A stretch of 58,384 nucleotides of DNA from Klebsormidium nitens (Eukaryota > Plantae > Klebsormidiophyceae): NCBI GenBank assembly GCA_000708835.1, contig DF237512.1, forward strand, positions 1-58,384, in the 5' to 3' direction. Positions within the stretch are counted from its first letter, which is position 1, and each line of letters begins with the position of its first letter. Positions 57,990 through 58,384 of this stretch are shown here, piece after piece. The translations under genes were made by a program, and so were the position numbers. The notes below the pieces were generated by a model, which was not told where the DNA came from, did no database searches, and was given only the letters and a program-made list of their open reading frames with translations.

Positions 57990-58384
57990 GAGTTCTGGCT
58001 GTCCGCAATCTATGCTAGCGTCAGTGCCCAACTGCAAATCAGCAACTCAATCTCTAAAGAGAACTGCTTGCCCTCGAAGACGCCACCTGTAAATCTGAAG
58101 AAGGAAAGCACAAGTTTAGCGCCTCCTCAGCGCACAACCAGCTGGTCAACGCCTCGTCAAATTTCAACTTTCAAGCTGACAACAACTCAAGCAGAAGTGC
58201 AATATAAACTCGGGGCCTACCAAATGAAGTTCGGACTAAAATGAAGGGCCAGGATCGCCCTTGACCGATCGGACGGTGCACGCGCGGTAATGAATCTGCC
58301 GGATTTGGCCGGTGACGCGTTGCATGTACCGGAGAGGACGCCACGTCAGCACCCCCCGCGGCGGTGTTCGAGTGTGTTCGATCA

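Overview
Eukaryotic, intron-rich genomic DNA from a green plant lineage. Gene content and intron style suggest a streptophyte alga such as Klebsormidium (inference, not verified). Bases 1-6230 are a compact, intronless virus-like segment: DUF5759-like ORF, MC1-like DNA-binding ORF, intact tyrosine recombinase, a small basic ORF and a PrimPol-Zn-D5/SF3 helicase with two frameshifts. It is followed by an inverted GGTAG/CTACC repeat block around an AT-rich core that looks like a replication origin. An intron-containing CxC/KDZ (Kyakuja-Dileera-Zisupton) transposase gene abuts it (6225-~11380, interrupted by a 603-N gap). The rest is host DNA: AMI1-like amidase, secreted SMP-30/gluconolactonase-like propeller, HhH-GPD glycosylase-like gene head-to-head with REX1-B, two F-box-like paralogs, AAE14/MenE with a C-terminal SKL, a bacterial-type CPCC protein, nucleolin, and an alkaline/neutral invertase. 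The best finds are absent from the ORF track: an RNase MRP RNA gene apparently enclosed in a 3'-UTR intron of nucleolin, a U36/snR47-like C/D snoRNA in a nucleolin intron, and degenerate tandem copies of splice junctions inside introns of three genes. All family assignments come from motif recognition by eye; no searches were run.
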